Numbered from the stretch's first letter, positions 25,652 through 39,239 are shown. The stretch is DNA of 64,000 nucleotides from Octopus sinensis (GCF_006345805.1 NC_043024.1:7998001-8062000); one strand, 5' to 3'. Numbers and translations: made by a program. The notes: generated from the letters alone by a model not told the origin.

Positions 25652-27164
25652 ATAATTAAATTTTCAATATACTCTTTACTCTTTTACTTGTTTCAGTCAT
25701 TTGACTGCGGCCATGCTGGAGCACAGCCTTTAATCAAGCAACTCGACCCCGGGACTTATTCTTTTGTAAGCCCAGTACTTATTCTATCGGTCTCTTTTGC
25801 CGAACCGCTAAGTAACGGGGACGTAAACACACCAGCATTGGTTGTCAAGCAATGCTAGGGAGACAAACACAGACACACAAACACACACACGCATATATAT
25901 ATACATATATACGACGGGCTTCTTTCAGTTTCCGTCTACCAAATCCACTCACAAGGCATTGGTCGGCCCGGGGCTATAGCAGAAGACACTTGCCCAAGGT
26001 GCTACGCAGTGGGACTGAACCCAGAACCATGTGGTTGGTTAGCAAGCTACTTACCACACAGCCACTCCTGCCACATTGTCTTGTAGCTTTGTGATTTCAG
26101 TGATGTGGTTGTTTATTTGTGGAATGACATTGTAAGGTAGGTGTGAGAGGCTAGATCTGGTCAGTTAGAACAGAAAACCAGTAGGATATTTGGGCCTGAT
26201 AAGGCTAGTTTAAACCTTTGGCGTTGAGGTTTGTCTCTCAAATGTAATGCTTATTTATTCACATAGTTTTAAATTAACCATGCATTCTCATAACTCCAAG
26301 ATTTCAATGATGCGAGTGTTTTTAGAATGGCCTTGTAGGAGTAAGTGTAAGAGCTGGTTTAAACATAAAACAAGTAGAAAATTTCAGCTTGATATGGCCA
26401 GTTTAAATGCTAAAAGGTTAAAGTGGTCTCAGGGACAGATGGTTAAGTGTTTAATTCTTTAGCATTCAAATTTTCTCTGTCAAATCATCATCATCATCAT
26501 CATCATCGTTTAACGTCCGTTCTCCATGCTAGCATGGGTTGGACGGTTTGACCGGGGTCTGGGAAGCCAGTAGGCTGCACCAGGCTCCAGTCTGATCTGG
26601 CAGTGTTTCTACAGCTGGATGCCCTTCCTAACGCCAACCACTCCGTGAGTGTAGTGGGTGCTTTTTACGTGTCAGGCGAGGCTGGCAACGGCCACGATCG
26701 GATTGGTGCATTTTACACATACACACACGGAGGCCAGTCAAGGCAGCGCTGGCATCGGCCATGATTCGGGTGGTGCTTTTTACGTGCCACTGGCACGGAA
26801 GCCAGTCTTGGCGGCGAATGTATATACAAGCATAGCCAAGTGGTTTTAGGATATCATTTTTGCTGTAATGGACAAGTCTTTTTGAGCACAGCAAAATGTC
26901 GATGTGACATGTTTATAGATTGTGTGAAGGGCAGTTTTAAAAAAAGGGATGTCTGTACATCTTTATCTTTTATCGTTTCCTTGTTTCAGTTGTTGGACTG
27001 TGGCCATGCTGGGGCACTCCCTTGAAGGGTTTTAGTCAAACAGTTTGACACCAGTACATATTTTTGAAGCCTGTTACTCATTCTGTCAGTCTCTTTTGCT
27101 GAACTCCTAAGTTATGGGGATGTAAACAAACCAACAGTGGTTGTCAAGAGGTGGTGGAGGACAT

Positions 27165-27227
<63 letters not shown>

Positions 27228-27953
27228 AACATGATAGACTTCTTTCAGTTTCCATCTACCATATCCACCCACAAGACTTTGGTTGACTTGGGGCTATTGT
27301 TGAAGATACTTGCCCAAGGTACCACTCAGCAGGACTGAACCCAAGGCCATTCAGTTGGGAAGCAAGCTTCTTAACCACACAGCCATTCCTAGGTCTTCTA
27401 GCTTTACTCTTTTACTTGTTTCAGTCATTTGACTGCGGCCATGCTGGAGCACTGCCTTTAATCGTGCAACTCGACCCCGGCACTTATTCTTTTGTAAGCC
27501 CTGTACTTATTGTATCGGTCTCTTTTGCTGAACCGCTAAGTAACGGGGACATAAACACACCAGCATCGGTTGTCAAGCAATGCTAGGGGGACAAACACAG
27601 ACACACAAACAAACACACATACATATATATATACATATATACGACGGGCTTCTTTTCAGTTTCCGTCTACCAAATCCACTCACAAGGCTTTGGTCGGCCC
27701 GAGGCTATTGCAGAAGACACTTGCCCAAGGTGCCACACAGTGGGACTGAACCCAGAACCATGTGGTTGGTAAACAAGCTAATTACCACACAGCTACTCCT
27801 GCACCTATACTGATTTAATGAATAACCATTTCAGACCTACATCTTAATCTCAAACCCTTCATGTATGTTTGTTTAAAAGTGAATGTCTTACTGTATTATT
27901 ATTATTATTATTATCAGTCTATTGAAATGTGGATTTTTGTTTCTCTCTTGCAG

Positions 27954-28039
27954 CTAGATCACAAACCTCCACAGATAAATTCTCTTCCAAGTCTTCCCCC
28001 TTGTCAAAAACCTCACAGAAATGTATAGTATGTCATAAG
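27954..28039 (+). CDS. ZMYM2/3/4 (woc): ZMYM exon C (ARSQTSTDK...KCIVCHK), supplies the CxxC of finger 1
   Basis: ttctctcttgcag acceptor, CATAAG|gtaggt donor; phase 1 to 0. CIVCHK completes the finger continued in exon D. Confidence 0.85.
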
Positions 28040-30304
28040 GTAGGTATTTATTTTTTTTTTTTTGTTTCAGTCATTTGACTGTGGCCATGCTGTAGCACCG
28101 CCTTTAGTCGAACAAATCGACCCCGGGACTTATTCTTTGTAAGCCCAGTACTTATTCTATCGGTCTCTTTTGCCGAACCGCTAAGTGACAGCGATGTAAA
28201 CACACCAGCATCGGTTGTCAAGCAATGCAAGGGGGACAAACACAAACATACACGCATACACGCATACACATATATATATATATATATACATATATACGAC
28301 AGGCTTCTTCCAGTTTCCGTCTACCAAATCCACTCACAAGGCTTTGGTCGGTCCAAGGCTATAGTAGAAGACACTTGCCCAACATGCCACGCAGTGGGAC
28401 TGAACCCGGAACCATGTGGTTGGTTAGCAAGCTACTTACCACACAGCCACTCAATAATATAAGATATGTTTATATCTTATATTATTGACCTCACATACTC
28501 AGTGTATGTGTTTTGCTTGCCGGCCAGTTTGCTTTGGGGGACAGCTCCCTCATAATGCTGGGTGTTAAAACACCTGGAAGTCATAGACAGGTGAGACCTG
28601 TGTGTGTGTGTGTGTACATGCATGTTGTTTCAGTCATTAGACTGTAGCCATGTTGGAGCACCCACCTTAACCCCACCTTTTTTTTTAAGTGTGGGACTTA
28701 TTCAGTTGATCCCTTTTGCTGAACTGGTAAGTTACAGGGAGCTGGCAGAAACTTTAGCACACAGGGCGAAATGCTTAGCGGTATTTCGTCTGCCACTACG
28801 TTCTGAGTTCAAATTCCACCGAGGTCGATTTTGCCTTTCATCCTTTCGGGGTCGATAAATTAAGTACCAGTTACGCACTGGGGTCGATATAATCGACTTA
28901 ATCCGTTTGTCTGTCCTTGTTTGTGCTCTCTATGTTTAGCCCCTTGTGGGAAGTAAAGAAATAGGTAAGTTACAGGGAGGTAAACATACAAGGTGGTATC
29001 AAAAAGTTCCTAGACTAGTTATGTTTAATAAAAAAATTGAAGTGGATTTGATTGGATTTGATGGCTCTGGGTCAGTGTTCCTGCTAATTACTAGTTATCA
29101 TTATCATTGATTTAATGTTTAATTTTCCATGCTTGTATCATATTTGTGGCTGATGCCAGTGTTGTATAACTGGCACATGTGCCCATCCCTAAAAAAAAAA
29201 ACGAAAAGAGTGGGTGAGGAGAGAATAAAACTTTATTCCTAAATTGGCTGACAAATTCAAAATGCTAAATATAAAACTGTGGATGACACACAAAATGATT
29301 CATGCATATATACACATTTTAACATGATCTGTCCATGATAGAAAAACAGGTGTGTTGTGTGTGTGTGTGGTGTTGTTACATGTGGTTGCTGCTGCTGTTG
29401 TTATTGTTGCTGTGCTTTTGTGAGTTTTTTTGCTGAATGGGTTGTGACTAGTTCGCATTACAGTGACCTTTCTCCCACCCCAAACCCTAATATTTGTATC
29501 ACACCTTCATACATTTGGTGCATGTTTACACATATGTGTGTAATAGAAATTATAAAGGTATTGTTTATTACTACTCAGTCGTTAATATATCTCATAAGCC
29601 TGTTGTGTGTGTGTGTGTGTGTGTGTGTGTTGTTTTCAGTCATTAGACTGGCTTCGCTGGGGCACCACCTTAAAGAAATTTTTGTCAAATGACTCAACTC
29701 CACTACTTTTTATATATATGTTTTTTAAGTCTGGTATTAAGTCTGTCGGTCTCTTTTGCTGAATCGCTAGGTTAAGGGGATGTAAACACACCAACACTGG
29801 TTGTCAAGTGATGATGTGGGGAGGGACAAATACACACACACATACACACACGACAGGCTTCTTTCAGTTTCTGTCAACCTAATCCTCTCACAAGGCTTTG
29901 GCTGGCCTGAGGCTATAGTAGAAGACACTTGCCCAAAGTACCACGCAGTGGGACTGAACCCGGAACCTTGAGGTTGGGAAGCAAACTTCTTACCACACAG
30001 CCACACCTATGCCTCTATATTTAGATGAAATAAATCATCTTAGCGATGGAACTCGAAGTAGAGAAAACGAATAGGATTTAAAACCTCTTAATCAGAAAAG
30101 ATTTGAGTCGTGGACCAAAACACTTGTCGTTTTTATTGATATTTTGTTATTAATTTGTTATAGTACAAGTATGTGTGTATTTAGCATTTTACTTGTTTTG
30201 TTTTTGTTTTTTATTTTTCAGTTTAAAATTAATTGAGTCATGTCTTCAAGAATTCCGGAATGTGACTTTTTGTCTCTTCGATATACATACATATATATTT
30301 ATAT

Positions 30305-30523
30305 ACAATTGCAGCGTGGAAGGTGTTTGTAAGCCATTTAAGAAACACACAAAAGCCGTTCGATTCACTTCAACATTTAAGTTTAATTTGTCAAAATATT
30401 TTCGTCGCGGTCTCAAAGCGACGAAAATATTTTGACAAATTAAACTTAAATGTTGAAGTGAATCGAACGGCTTTTTGTGTGTTTCTTAAATGGCTTGCAA
30501 AACACCTTCCACGCTGCAATTGT
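30305..30523. repeat. Near-perfect palindrome, ~104-bp arms, 9-nt loop
   Basis: Arms 30305-30408 and 30418-30523 differ by one substitution and two 1-nt indels. Confidence 0.92.
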
Positions 30524-31270
30524 TTTCGTTTCAGCACATGATCTCAGATCAAATTACTTGCTATGCGAGTACATCTCCGTAATATATTTATATATATGTA
30601 TATATATAAATTAAATTAGAGATAAAACCACTATTAGGCAAATCAAACAGTGAAAAACATAACCGAAAACATAGAATTAAAATTAATATAATATACAAAA
30701 TATCTAAAATTATTGATTTACATTTATAAATTTATATATGTATATATATATATATATATATTATTTATTATTTTTTTTTAATCAAATATATATAACTATC
30801 AAAAAATATATTTATTACTCTACCTCTGGTATTTGAGTACTCTTTTTTCCACCTTGTTTCACATTTATGTGCTTACTCCCGTATATATATCATCATCATC
30901 ATCATCGTCGTTTAACGTCCGTTCTCCATGCTAGCATGGTTGGACGGTTCGACCGGGGTTCTGGGAAGCCAGAAGGCTGCACCAGGCTCCAGTCTAATTT
31001 GGCAATGTTTCTACAGCTGGATGCCCTTCCTAACGCCAACCACTCCGTGGTGTGTGTGTTTGTACTTCATTATCTGGATATCACATAATATTTGCCTAAT
31101 AGTGGTTTTATCTCTAATTTAATTTATATTTATACTGTAAAATTAGATTTAATCCTAAATCTAATTTTTCCCTTAAGTTTAGATTTACTCCCTAATATTA
31201 TTATTATATGTATATATATATATTTTTTCATGTATGCATATTAATGTTTCCTTTATTTGCAATCTTTCAG

Positions 31271-31597
31271 ATCGGTAAATGCAAATATAACATTGTCCGA
31301 AATGGTGACAATAAACATTTGTGCGACGACGAGTGTTTCCGACAATTCCGAGTGAGTCCGACTGTCTATCTCCGCAGCATGTCACCAGTCAATGCTTCGG
31401 CGTCTAGTTCCATATCGGTGGCATCTTCGATGGAGCAGGCGACACCACACTATAAGATTTGCAGTGTCTGTCAGCTAATGAACATAAACACCAATAAACA
31501 TTTCCTCAATTGGCAAGGATTGGACTTCTGCGGTGAGGAATGCCTCGGTAAATTCCAAAGCAGTTTAGGAGGTACATGCTCCTTCTGTGGATCACAG
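31271..31597 (+). CDS. ZMYM2/3/4 (woc): ZMYM exon D: MYM fingers 1-3 (IGKCKY...LCDDECF; CSVC...FCGEEC; CSFCGSQ)
   Basis: ctttcag acceptor, TCACAG|gtaaag donor; 109 codons; phase 0 to 0. Confidence 0.92.
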
Positions 31598-31760
31598 GTA
31601 AAGTATGAACTTTCTGTTCTCTGAGAAAAGAAGGCTATGAATATAGCTTCCTCCTTCTGCACTCAATCTGTCCCTGATGTGTATCATTCCCACAATTCAT
31701 TTTCCTAAAACTTACTCTTCCATCACTCTCCTAACTGCAGCATACCCATTCAGCTGTTGT

Positions 31761-32480
31761 AATTCAATTCAATTCAATTCAATTTTTATTGGCTCAAAAA
31801 GCAAAAAGCAAAAGCAAGGCCATGTAGGGGGACAGGGAGTTATGTACAGGGTCATACAAAGAGTTCAGGCCATTTCTGGTCAAGAGAGACTTTGAACCGA
31901 GCGGTCGTCGGCATCTTCACTATCTCATCCGGCAGCGTATTCCATGGATCCGCAACCCGGACGGAGAAAGCCCCTCTCCTTCGATTTAGATGAAATCGTC
32001 GCAGATAGAACTTTTTGGAGTGACCCCGCAGCCCCCACTCTGGAGCAGGAGTGAAGAACAGCTCTTTCGAGAGGTTACACTTTCCGCTTATGATGTTGTG
32101 AGGCCATGTAGGGGGGCAGGGAGTTATGTATGGGGAAGGTGTTCATACAAAGAGTTCAGGCCATTTCTGGTCAAGAAAGAATTTGAACCGAGTGGTCGTC
32201 AGCATCTTCACTATCTTGTCTGGCAGCTTATTCCACGGATCCGCAACCCGGACGGTGAAAGCCCCTCTCCTTCGATTGAGATGAAATCATCGTAGATAGA
32301 GCTTTTCGGAGTGACCCGCGCAACCCACGCTCTGGAGCAGGAGTGAAGAACAGCTCTTTCGAGAGGTTACACTTTCCGCTTATGATGTTGTGAGCGAGAA
32401 TGAGATCACCAGGGCGTCGTCGTTTTTCTAGAGAATAAAGGTCGAGCGTCTTCAGCCTTTCTTCATAAGACAAATGCAAT
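31761..32480 (-). mobile_element. CR1-clade LINE 3' end with a tandem ~290-nt block (other fragments at 33271-33500 and 58859-59220)
   Basis: LSYEERLKTLDLYSLEKRRRxGDLILAHNII is a CR1 C-terminal motif; tails (AATTG)n and (AACT)n. Confidence 0.88.
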
Positions 32481-34059
32481 TATATGAAAGCAGAATTGCA
32501 CATGTTTTATCTCCAGCATTTTTGTGCTCCCACTCACCCTGCATGGAACCATATACTTGTCTCTCTTGCATCCTTAGTATCATCCCTTACTGCTTTATTT
32601 TCCACTGAACACCACTTTCACTTTCACTTTGTATATCCTCTGATTCTCTCAATGGCAGCCTCTCCCCTTTCCCCACTTTTCATGTTTGTCTCCCAGTATT
32701 TTCACCCCTATGTACCTCTGACCTAATCCCTGGCGCTGTGCATTTCTTGCCCACTCCCCACACTTTACATCACCTGTGCTGCATCCTATTGATTCTACCG
32801 TCTCTCCGCCCAACCAATGTTCACCGTTAACCACGCTCACACTTGTGTTCACCATTCACTGCATTCACCCCTTTCGCCATCTCTATCCATCTGCCACTTT
32901 CCTTTCACTCTCTTGTGAATTTATCATCTACCCATTAATGCTGTCCAATCCACTGGACCACTTTCATATATCCACCTTATAAGTTGCAGATATATTCAAT
33001 TAACTATATCTGTCTTTTACACTTTTTGGAATTGGCAGTAGATTGGCAGAATCATTAGAATGTTGTAGTTAGTAGTAGTAGACAGCATTCACCTGGGGTG
33101 GGCTGAGCTGGCTTCATTCATCCTCAATGCTGCATCTCTCACAAACGCCGACCTGGCCTGGTGATTTGACGTTAACGCCCGCGTGATCTCCAGCCACTCC
33201 TTAGTCCAGCGGCGAATGCCATAGTCATGGGGGCCTAGGTTGGGTTCCAGATCAGCCTTGACTGTCATCAACCCAGACGGAGAAAGCCCCTTTCCTTCAA
33301 TTGAGATGAAATCGTCGCAGATAGAGCTTTTCGGAGTGACCCACGCTCTGGAGCAGGAGTGAAGAACAGCTCTTTTGAGAGGTTATACTTTCCGCTTATG
33401 ATGTTGTGAGCAAGAATGAGATCACCACGGCGTCGTTGTTTTTCGAGAGAATAAAGGTCGAGCGTCTTCAGCCTTTCTTCATAAGACAAATGCTTGAGAC
33501 CAAGAACCGGTGTATCTGTTATTGGGGTCTAATATTTAAATACATTCTGTTGTTTCTCTGTTTCCTGCTGCATTGTGCATAACAAATAAACACACCACAC
33601 TCATCACACAGGTCAATCTAAAGAATTGGCAAAACACAGTCATTGGGTTACCACGTATCTCTTGTAATATTTCTCTGTCTCACACACACACTCACTTAGG
33701 CCTGTGTGCACGCACACACATGCAGAAACACACGTGTACACACATTTACACTAACATACAGGCACTTACACGCATACAGGCACTTAGACACACATACAGG
33801 CATTTACACATACATACAAGCACACACACATACATACAGGCACACACACATACAGGCACTTACACACACATACAGGCACTTACACACATACAGGCACTTA
33901 CACATACACACATACAGGCACTTACACACACATACAGGCACTTACACACACATACAGGCACTTACACATACACACATACAGGCACTTACACATACACACA
34001 CATTGTGTTTCCTTGAAGCCGTTGCACATCTGATTAATTTCCTTCTTTCTTTCTTGCAG

Positions 34060-34963
34060 GTTCCTCCTTCGGCAAAAGCTAAATATTGCCTGAAACTAGG
34101 TACGGAGATTAAACAATTTTGTGGCACCCAGTGCCACGCCCAGTTCAAAAAGAGACTTAAAGTTTGTTGTTACTGTCAGAAGGATCTGACTAATGTTTCT
34201 GATTCCTTTATGGCCCCTGTCGGTTGGGAACAGGGAGTGTTCAAGGACTTCTGTAGCCCCTCTTGTCTGCAGAAATACGAAGAGAAAAATAACAAGGATG
34301 TAGAAATTATTGGCGTTGAACAGAGTAAAAAACGTTTGCCTTGTGCTGTCTGTGGCAAGGTGTGGTTGGTGAAGCACGAAGTAAAGTTTGAGGGCAAGGT
34401 CCACAAAATGTGTAGCGACCCGTGTTTATCCGCATTTCAGTATGCTAATAAACTAACAATGAATACTTGTGACAATTGTGGTGTTTACTGCTACAATGAA
34501 GGTATGCAGCCGCAATACATCCAGTTTGAGGGACAGCAGAAACGCTTTTGTAGTTTCATGTGTGTCAATACCTTCCGTGCTCTCAACAAAAAAGTTGTGT
34601 CATGTGCTTGGTGTGGCTCCAAAAAGGGTAACTTTGATATGATAGAACGAGTCGACGCCAACAACAAATACCAGCTGTTTTGTTCCCTTAATTGTCTTTC
34701 TTTGTACCGAGTTAACCTGCAAGCCACTTCCAACCAAGCGGTGACGTGCGACCACTGTCGTAAGTTCGTCCCTGCCCAGTATCACTTGACCATGAGTGAT
34801 GCGTCGGTGAGAAATTTTTGCTCCTATAATTGCGTGATGGCGTTTCAGTCACAGTTTTCCTCTCCAACCTCATCAACCACTGTGGCTCCTACTCCGACGA
34901 AGAGTCAATCGATATCTCTTTCACAGTCGTCGCAATCAAAGTCTTCAAAGCCAGCAACAAGAA
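34060..34963 (+). CDS. ZMYM2/3/4 (woc): ZMYM exon E: MYM/FCS fingers 3-8
   Basis: ttcttgcag acceptor, AGAA|gtaagt donor; motifs FCGTQC, FCSPSC, MCSDPC, FCSFMC, FCSLNC, FCSYNC; phase 0 to 1. Confidence 0.95.
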
Positions 34964-35302
34964 GTAAGTTGCGATTTTTCTTATTTATTTTAAAAATAAT
35001 ATCGCAAAATGATAATTATTACATTTTTTTTCCACTTTAGCACATATTCAGGTGAAGAAAATTGCTTTTAGTACATTAAAACTTCTGGGTAGCTCAGCTT
35101 TGCATACAGAAGGCGCAGGAGTGGCTGTGTGGTAAGTAGCTTGCTACCTAACCACATGGTTCCGGGTTCAGTCCCACTGCGTGGCATCTTGGGCAAGTGT
35201 CTTCTGCTATAGCCCCGCCGGCCAATGCCTTGTGAGTGGATTTGGTAGACGGAAAAACTGAAGAAGCCTGTCGTATATATGTATATATGTAATATATATA
35301 TA

Positions 35303-35343
<41 letters not shown>

Positions 35344-36070
35344 GGCGTTAGGAAGGGCATCCAGCTGTAGAAACACTGCAAGATCTGACTGGCTGGTGCA
35401 GCCTTCGGGCTTGCCAGACCCAGTTGAACCGTCCAACCCATGCTAGCATGGAAAGCGGACGTTAAACGATGATGATGATGATGATGATGCATGTGTGTAT
35501 TTGTGTGTGTCCCCCTAGCATTGCTTGACAACCGATGCTGGTGTGTTTACGTCCCCGTCACTTAGCGGTTCGGGAAAATAAGTACTGGGCTTACAATAGA
35601 ATAAGTCCTGGGGTCGAGTTGCTCGATTAAAGGCGGTGCTCCAGCATGGCTGCAGTCAAATGACTGAAACAAGTAAAAGAGAGAGTAAAGAGAGAAGATA
35701 TGGCAATTTTAAAAAAATTTTAAATTTTTTATGTTAAAGATATTTTGGGGGAAGGAAAAGTGTTGTATGTGCCATCAAATATGTCTATACACAAATAATA
35801 ATGACTATTTCATATGAAATGTGTAGAATTTCAAAAAGTCCCCTTCCTATGTAAAACAAGCTAATTGACTCACCATGTGTCTCAAGTGCTCCTGCACAGA
35901 ACCAAGTATACTCTGTTCCGGAGCAGTAAGGTTTAATATTGATTTAATGTTTCTCCTTTATCTTCTGCTTTTAAACCATCACATCCCATCTATAAACCCT
36001 ACCACTTGACTTTCATTATTCTGCTCTTTGAAACCCTTAAATTAATGGCAAAATTGAGATCTTTTCGGTT

Positions 36071-36486
36071 TGACCGGCAGTTTTTAAAAATAATTTCTAG
36101 GTAACTAAACACTTTTAAACTTCGTATACTGGTAGAATGTCTTTATAAAACATCTTTTTCTCTTGGCTTTATGAAGAAAATTCTATGGTTTGTAAGATAT
36201 TTGTTGTTTTTTTTTCTCTTCAATTTCTTCTGCAATTTCAACCAATCAATGACGTCTATTGAGGTGAATTCTGTTGCCGTATGAATATGTCCCTCGTTTA
36301 AGAAACAGATTGGGTTTATTTACATTTGTGAAGGAAAAAAGATACCCTTCCCCTCACCCCTAACCCTAAAACAGATTGTCCCCTCACCCCTAACCCTAAA
36401 ACAGATTGAAATGCACTAGATCGATACTAGGGTCATAATTATGGGTGACAATTTCATATGACACCGCTAGAAAAAACTGCCGGTCA
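36071..36486. mobile_element. MITE with 15-bp TIRs and internal ccctaaccctaa motifs
   Basis: tgaccggcagttttt ... aaaaactgccggtca. Confidence 0.6.
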
Positions 36487-36516
36487 GATCCCAAGATTGT
36501 TTTTTCAATTTTAGTC

Positions 36517-36772
36517 CAGTGGTTCTCTACCAAAGCCCATATGACCTTTAGGGGTCCATATAAGATTTTGTTGTCAATGTTTGTGAAAAAAATTACTTGT
36601 ACTTCTACAATACGCAAAATATTTTAACAATTTTTAAAATACAATTCCTAATAGTATTTAACTATAAAAATATAATAGGATTTTTTAAAGCATCAAATGG
36701 CAATGGGGGTTCCGGCTGAGTAAAATTAAGGACCCAAAGGGTCCATAATTAGAAAATAGTTGAGAACCACTT
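36517..36772. mobile_element. hAT-like MITE
   Basis: cagtggttctc ... gagaaccact; degenerate 8-bp TSD containing TAG. Confidence 0.65.
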
Positions 36773-38564
36773 GTCTAGTTATTTTTATTTACATTTGATT
36801 GGGTTAGGGTTTGAAGTGTGAGACACAACCAGGGATGGCAAAAGGAAGATTAAGGGTAAGTATGTCAAATAAATTGATTAGGGTTGTGGTCCATAACTGT
36901 GTCTGTGGGTTAGGGGTTATAAAGTATTAGTGTATAATTTGTTAGTCTGTCATCAACTAATTTCTTGGTTAAGATCTGTTGGGCCTCAATCTAGAATATT
37001 TGTGGTTTTAAAGTAGTCACACCTCTCTGTGAGGTTTGCAAAATGGTTTTTGAAACTGCCTGTTCCACATTCTTTAAGACTCACTCATTGGCCTCCTCTG
37101 ACTGACATGTGTTTGCATCTGTCCCTTCATTCTCCCTCTTCTCTCCTCAGGACATCCCTGAAGACATAGTCTTTATGTAGTAACATTCAGGAACTTTGTC
37201 AACGCCCCACCCCCCTTCATTCATCCTTGTTCACACTGAATCATTATCTCACTTTTATTGGAAAACTGTTGGGGGAAAAAATTTCTCCCCCAATTTCTTT
37301 CCACTCCTCCCTTCACCTTCCTTTTCCTCCTCCTCTCTGCCTTCCCCCTCCCCTTTTGCCTTCTTTTTCCTCCTCTTTTGCATTCTTTCTCCTCCCCTTC
37401 TGCCTTCTTCCTCCTCCCCTTCTGCCTTCTTCCTCCTCCCCTTTTACCCTCCTCTCCTGCCTTCTTTCTCCTCCCCTTCTGCCTTCTTCCTCCTCCCCTA
37501 TTGCCTTCTTCCTCATCCCCTTTTGCCTTCCTCCTCCCCTTCTGCCTTCTTCTCTCCTCCTCCCCTTTTACCGTCCTCTCCTTCTGCCTTCTTCCTCCTC
37601 CCCTTTTACCCTCCTCTCCTTCTGCCTTCTTTCTCCTCCCCTTCTGCCTTCTTCCTCCTCCCCTATTGCCTTCTTCCTCCTCCCCTTTTGCCTTCCTCCT
37701 CCAACCTTTTGCCTTTCTCCTCCTCCACTTTTGCCTTTCTCCTCCTCCCCTTTTACCCTCCTCTCCTTCTGCCTTCTTCCTCCTCCCCTTTTACCCTCCT
37801 CTCCTTCTGCCTTCTTTCTCCTTCCCTTCTGCCTTCTTCCTCCTCCCCTTTGCAGTCTTTCTCCTATTCACCTCCCCTCTTCCTCTATTTTTCCTCTCCT
37901 CCTCTCCCTCTTTATCACCTTCCTGTCATCCTCCTCCTCCTTCATCATCATGTCATGCCTTGTTTTCTCACATTGAGTTTCCTAATGTTTTTATTTTTAT
38001 TTTTTATTGTATTTGTTTCATTTGCAGCTTCCCCCAATGTTTGTTTTCCTAACCATCTTCCCAATTATCTTTGAAATTAAGTCAACTTCTAACCAATTAC
38101 TATTATTATTATTATTATCATTATCATTATTATTATTATGCTTCTACCATGCTTGTTCTTTTTCCTTTTTATTGTATTCTTGTATTCTTTTACGTACTTA
38201 TTTTTGCTTTGTTTTTGTTTTATGTATTGGTTTTCTCACCACTGTCGAGTTACATTTGTACTTTTACCACATTTATTGCCTTTTTGGTGTGTTGCTGTTG
38301 CTGTCGCTGTCCTCTAAGATGTGTACCTAGCACTATTTAAAACACTAACAGGAGGAAACTGGTTGATTAGTTGCTTTTTTTTTATTATTCAAACCTCACC
38401 ATCTCCCCTCACCATCACTCAAAATCACACAAATCTTTAATCATAATTGGTTCTATTTTATTCATTCTTTATTCATCATTTTCCCATCAGTTCATCACAT
38501 CTGCATTCAGTATTTTAAACCATCCTATCATCGTATCTCAGTTTCTTAATTGGTGAATGTTAAT

Positions 38565-39110
38565 TTATTTATTAATTGATTAAGTGCTGGTGTTCTAAAC
38601 ATGAAAGATGTAGGTCTGTATTTAGTGCCATAAACTTTTCTTGAGTGAGATGGGCAATATCTGGTCTTGCATTATCAAGAGCAACACCCCTTTGTGATTG
38701 ACCAATGATGGGCACTTTTACTTCCTGAAAATGTTCGTTCAATGCTTCTCTAATTAATAACAATACTTCTCATTAACTGTTTCATTTTTGTTTAACACTT
38801 CATGATGGACAAAACCCTTCATATCCCACCAAATGCAGTTCATAATTTTTTTCCTGGTGTGATACTGGTTTGGGAATGGATTTCCCTTCACCATTTGGTG
38901 CTAACCATTGTTGTTTTCACTGGATATGGTTATAGAGAATTCACTTTTTATGACTTCTGATGATCCTACTCAGAAAAGGTTTGGGTTACAAGCAGAGCGC
39001 AGCTCTTTGATTCCAATTTGAATTCATAAAGCATGCAGTGTCTGATATGGGTCTGATCTAGACTTATTGTAAAAGGCTAAAATCGGTAAAAATTTGACCA
39101 CTACTTTATG
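38565..39110 (-). mobile_element. Internally deleted, decayed mariner transposase
   Basis: Minus-strand fragments CMLYEFKL, ...KQQWLAPNGEGKSIPKP...IWWDMKGFVHHEVL and LDNARPDIAHLTQEK. Confidence 0.8.
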
Positions 39111-39239
39111 AAAGGAAATCTACAAAGAAAAAAAATAAATTAAAATGTAAAAATTAATGTTCACTTTGCCATAAGTATTGAGAAATTCTTTCCAACTTAT
39201 ATATATACTTACTTACTTTTACTTGTGGTGGCATTTATC

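Noticed and set aside
29000-29050. tacaaggtggtatcaaaaagttcc mariner-like TIR
   Set aside because: A single short end with no partner TIR or transposase; too weak to call.
36340-36400. ccctaaccctaa telomere-like motifs
   Set aside because: Only short copies inside a MITE; not an interstitial telomeric array.
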